This document shows positions 63,361 through 64,000 of a stretch of DNA of 64,000 nucleotides, piece by piece (the stretch's first letter is position 1; every line of letters begins with the position of its first letter). The translations under genes and the position numbers were made by a program. The notes beneath the pieces are model-generated. The model was given only the letters and a program-made list of their open reading frames with translations, did no database searches and was not told where the DNA came from. The stretch comes from Thermoplasmata archaeon (lineage in GTDB: Archaea; Thermoplasmatota; Thermoplasmata; Thermoplasmatales; GCA-001856825), in contig JAKAXD010000001.1 in NCBI GenBank assembly GCA_021816725.1, positions 313,257 to 377,256 on the forward strand, read 5' to 3'.

Positions 63361-64000
63361 TGTTCACCATCACCCCCACTATGTCCTCGAGTTTTGAGAA
63401 CCCCTCCGAATCAAGGTATTTATTGATTCCATCCTTAATGTCTGAGTATATGCGATAGTCATCGTAAAGGAAGGCCGTTCCTACCTGTATGGCTCTTGCT
63501 CCGAGGAGGAAGAATTCAATTGCATCCTCCCACGTTGTAATCCCCCCAACCCCAACTATATCCTTTCCTGTCTCCTTGTAAACGTCGTATACAGCCCGTA
63601 GCGCAACAGGTTTTATCCCTGGTCCGGAATACCCTCCCACAACGTTTGAGAGGGCAAATTTCCTGGAATATATCTCCACCCCAATAGCCCTTATCGTGTT
63701 TATCAGGACGAGTGCATCAGCCTTTTCAGATGCCTTGGCAAGTGAAACGATGTCTGTTACGTTCGGCGTCAATTTAGACCATATTTGGAGATTTGTCCTC
63801 CTCTTGATCTCATTTATTATCTCTTCGACCAGGTCCACATCCTGTCCTACCTCGGATCCAACCCCCTGAACGTGTGGGCAGGACAAATTGAGCTCGACTT
63901 TGTCAAATCCCGCTGCCTCCACTCTCCTCGATAGGGTGACGAACTCTTCAACGCTTCCACCAAAAATTGATACTACGGTCCTTTTCTTTTCTGGGAAATC
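63338..64000 (-). CDS. pyrD: Dihydroorotate dehydrogenase (class 1B) catalytic subunit, 5' end beyond window
   Basis: The frame is open to position 64000 and reads ...SIFGGSVEEFVTLSRRVEAAGFDKVELNLSCPH ... GGYSGPGIKPVALR ... IVGVGGITTWEDA. Overlaps the pyrK start by 23 nt. Confidence 0.93.
   Translation of the reverse strand, partial: DFPEKKRTVVSIFGGSVEEFVTLSRRVEAAGFDKVELNLSCPHVQGVGSEVGQDVDLVEEIINEIKRRTNLQIWSKLTPNVTDIVSLAKASEKADALVLINTIRAIGVEIYSRKFALSNVVGGYSGPGIKPVALRAVYDVYKETGKDIVGVGGITTWEDAIEFFLLGARAIQVGTAFLYDDYRIYSDIKDGINKYLDSEGFSKLEDIVGVMVNNAARKGD

Noticed and set aside
1-64000. Scan for tRNA, rRNA, CRISPR arrays, IS elements, integrases, toxin-antitoxin or known defence genes
   Set aside because: No T-loop/acceptor-like tRNA signatures in the intergenic regions, no spaced direct-repeat arrays, no transposase or integrase-like ORFs and no terminal inverted repeats. 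The only PIN-domain gene sits in a housekeeping operon with aIF2-beta and has no antitoxin partner.

Overview
Compact archaeal chromosomal segment with no mobile or accessory character. Archaea-specific genes (ribosomal stalk P0/P1, Spt5, SecE, aIF2-beta, Alba, PriS, ArcTGT, RtcB, S17e, CTP-dependent riboflavin kinase regulator) and a TRASH-type copper locus point to a Thermoplasmata-like, moderately AT-rich euryarchaeon; the lineage call is inference. I support about 65 protein genes, and found no tRNA, rRNA, CRISPR array, transposase or integrase. Layout: ribA fragment and a long non-coding gap (0-1.4 kb). Amino-acid permease, OCD-family enzyme, FAD oxidoreductase and SDR (1.4-6 kb). Copper-resistance locus copA, small TRASH protein and TRASH regulator (6-9 kb). 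Orphans and a glycosyltransferase/AlkP/MFS cluster (9-16 kb). Conserved ftsZ-secE-spt5-L11-L1-P0-P1 supercluster (16-20.4 kb). Asparaginase and pyrBI (20.5-22.7 kb). aIF2beta-PIN-rbkR operon (22.7-24.4 kb). RHH plus truncated FtsZ-like pair (24.7-25.8 kb). CN-hydrolase, membrane protein and sua5 (25.9-29.3 kb). RHH-AlkP-cysC operon (29.3-31.5 kb). alba, tgtA, GNAT, S17e and priS (31.7-36 kb). purSLQ (36.5-39.8 kb). MFS-DUF47 fusion, ClC channel and APC permease (39.9-45.8 kb). A roughly 14 kb molybdo/tungstopterin island with moaC, moaB, two moeA, an oxyanion ABC transporter, AOR, a three-subunit formate dehydrogenase and mobA (46.9-60.3 kb). rtcB, an A24 peptidase and pyrK/pyrD (60.5-64 kb). 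Gene junctions often use ATGA/TTGA overlaps, and promoters sit about 25 bp from start codons, implying leaderless mRNAs. Items most worth follow-up: (1) a tandem-RHH protein coupled to a half-FtsZ that lacks the T7 loop and C-terminal domain. (2) Spt5 with a 121-aa N-terminal extension abutting secE. (3) An MFS transporter fused to a DUF47/PhoU-like domain. (4) An RHH-AlkP-APS kinase operon. (5) Two 1-nt frame disruptions in T-runs at the 5' ends of transporter genes. (6) A P0 stalk protein with no acidic C-terminal tail. (7) An ORF below the track cutoff encoding a 46-aa TRASH/YHS copper chaperone.
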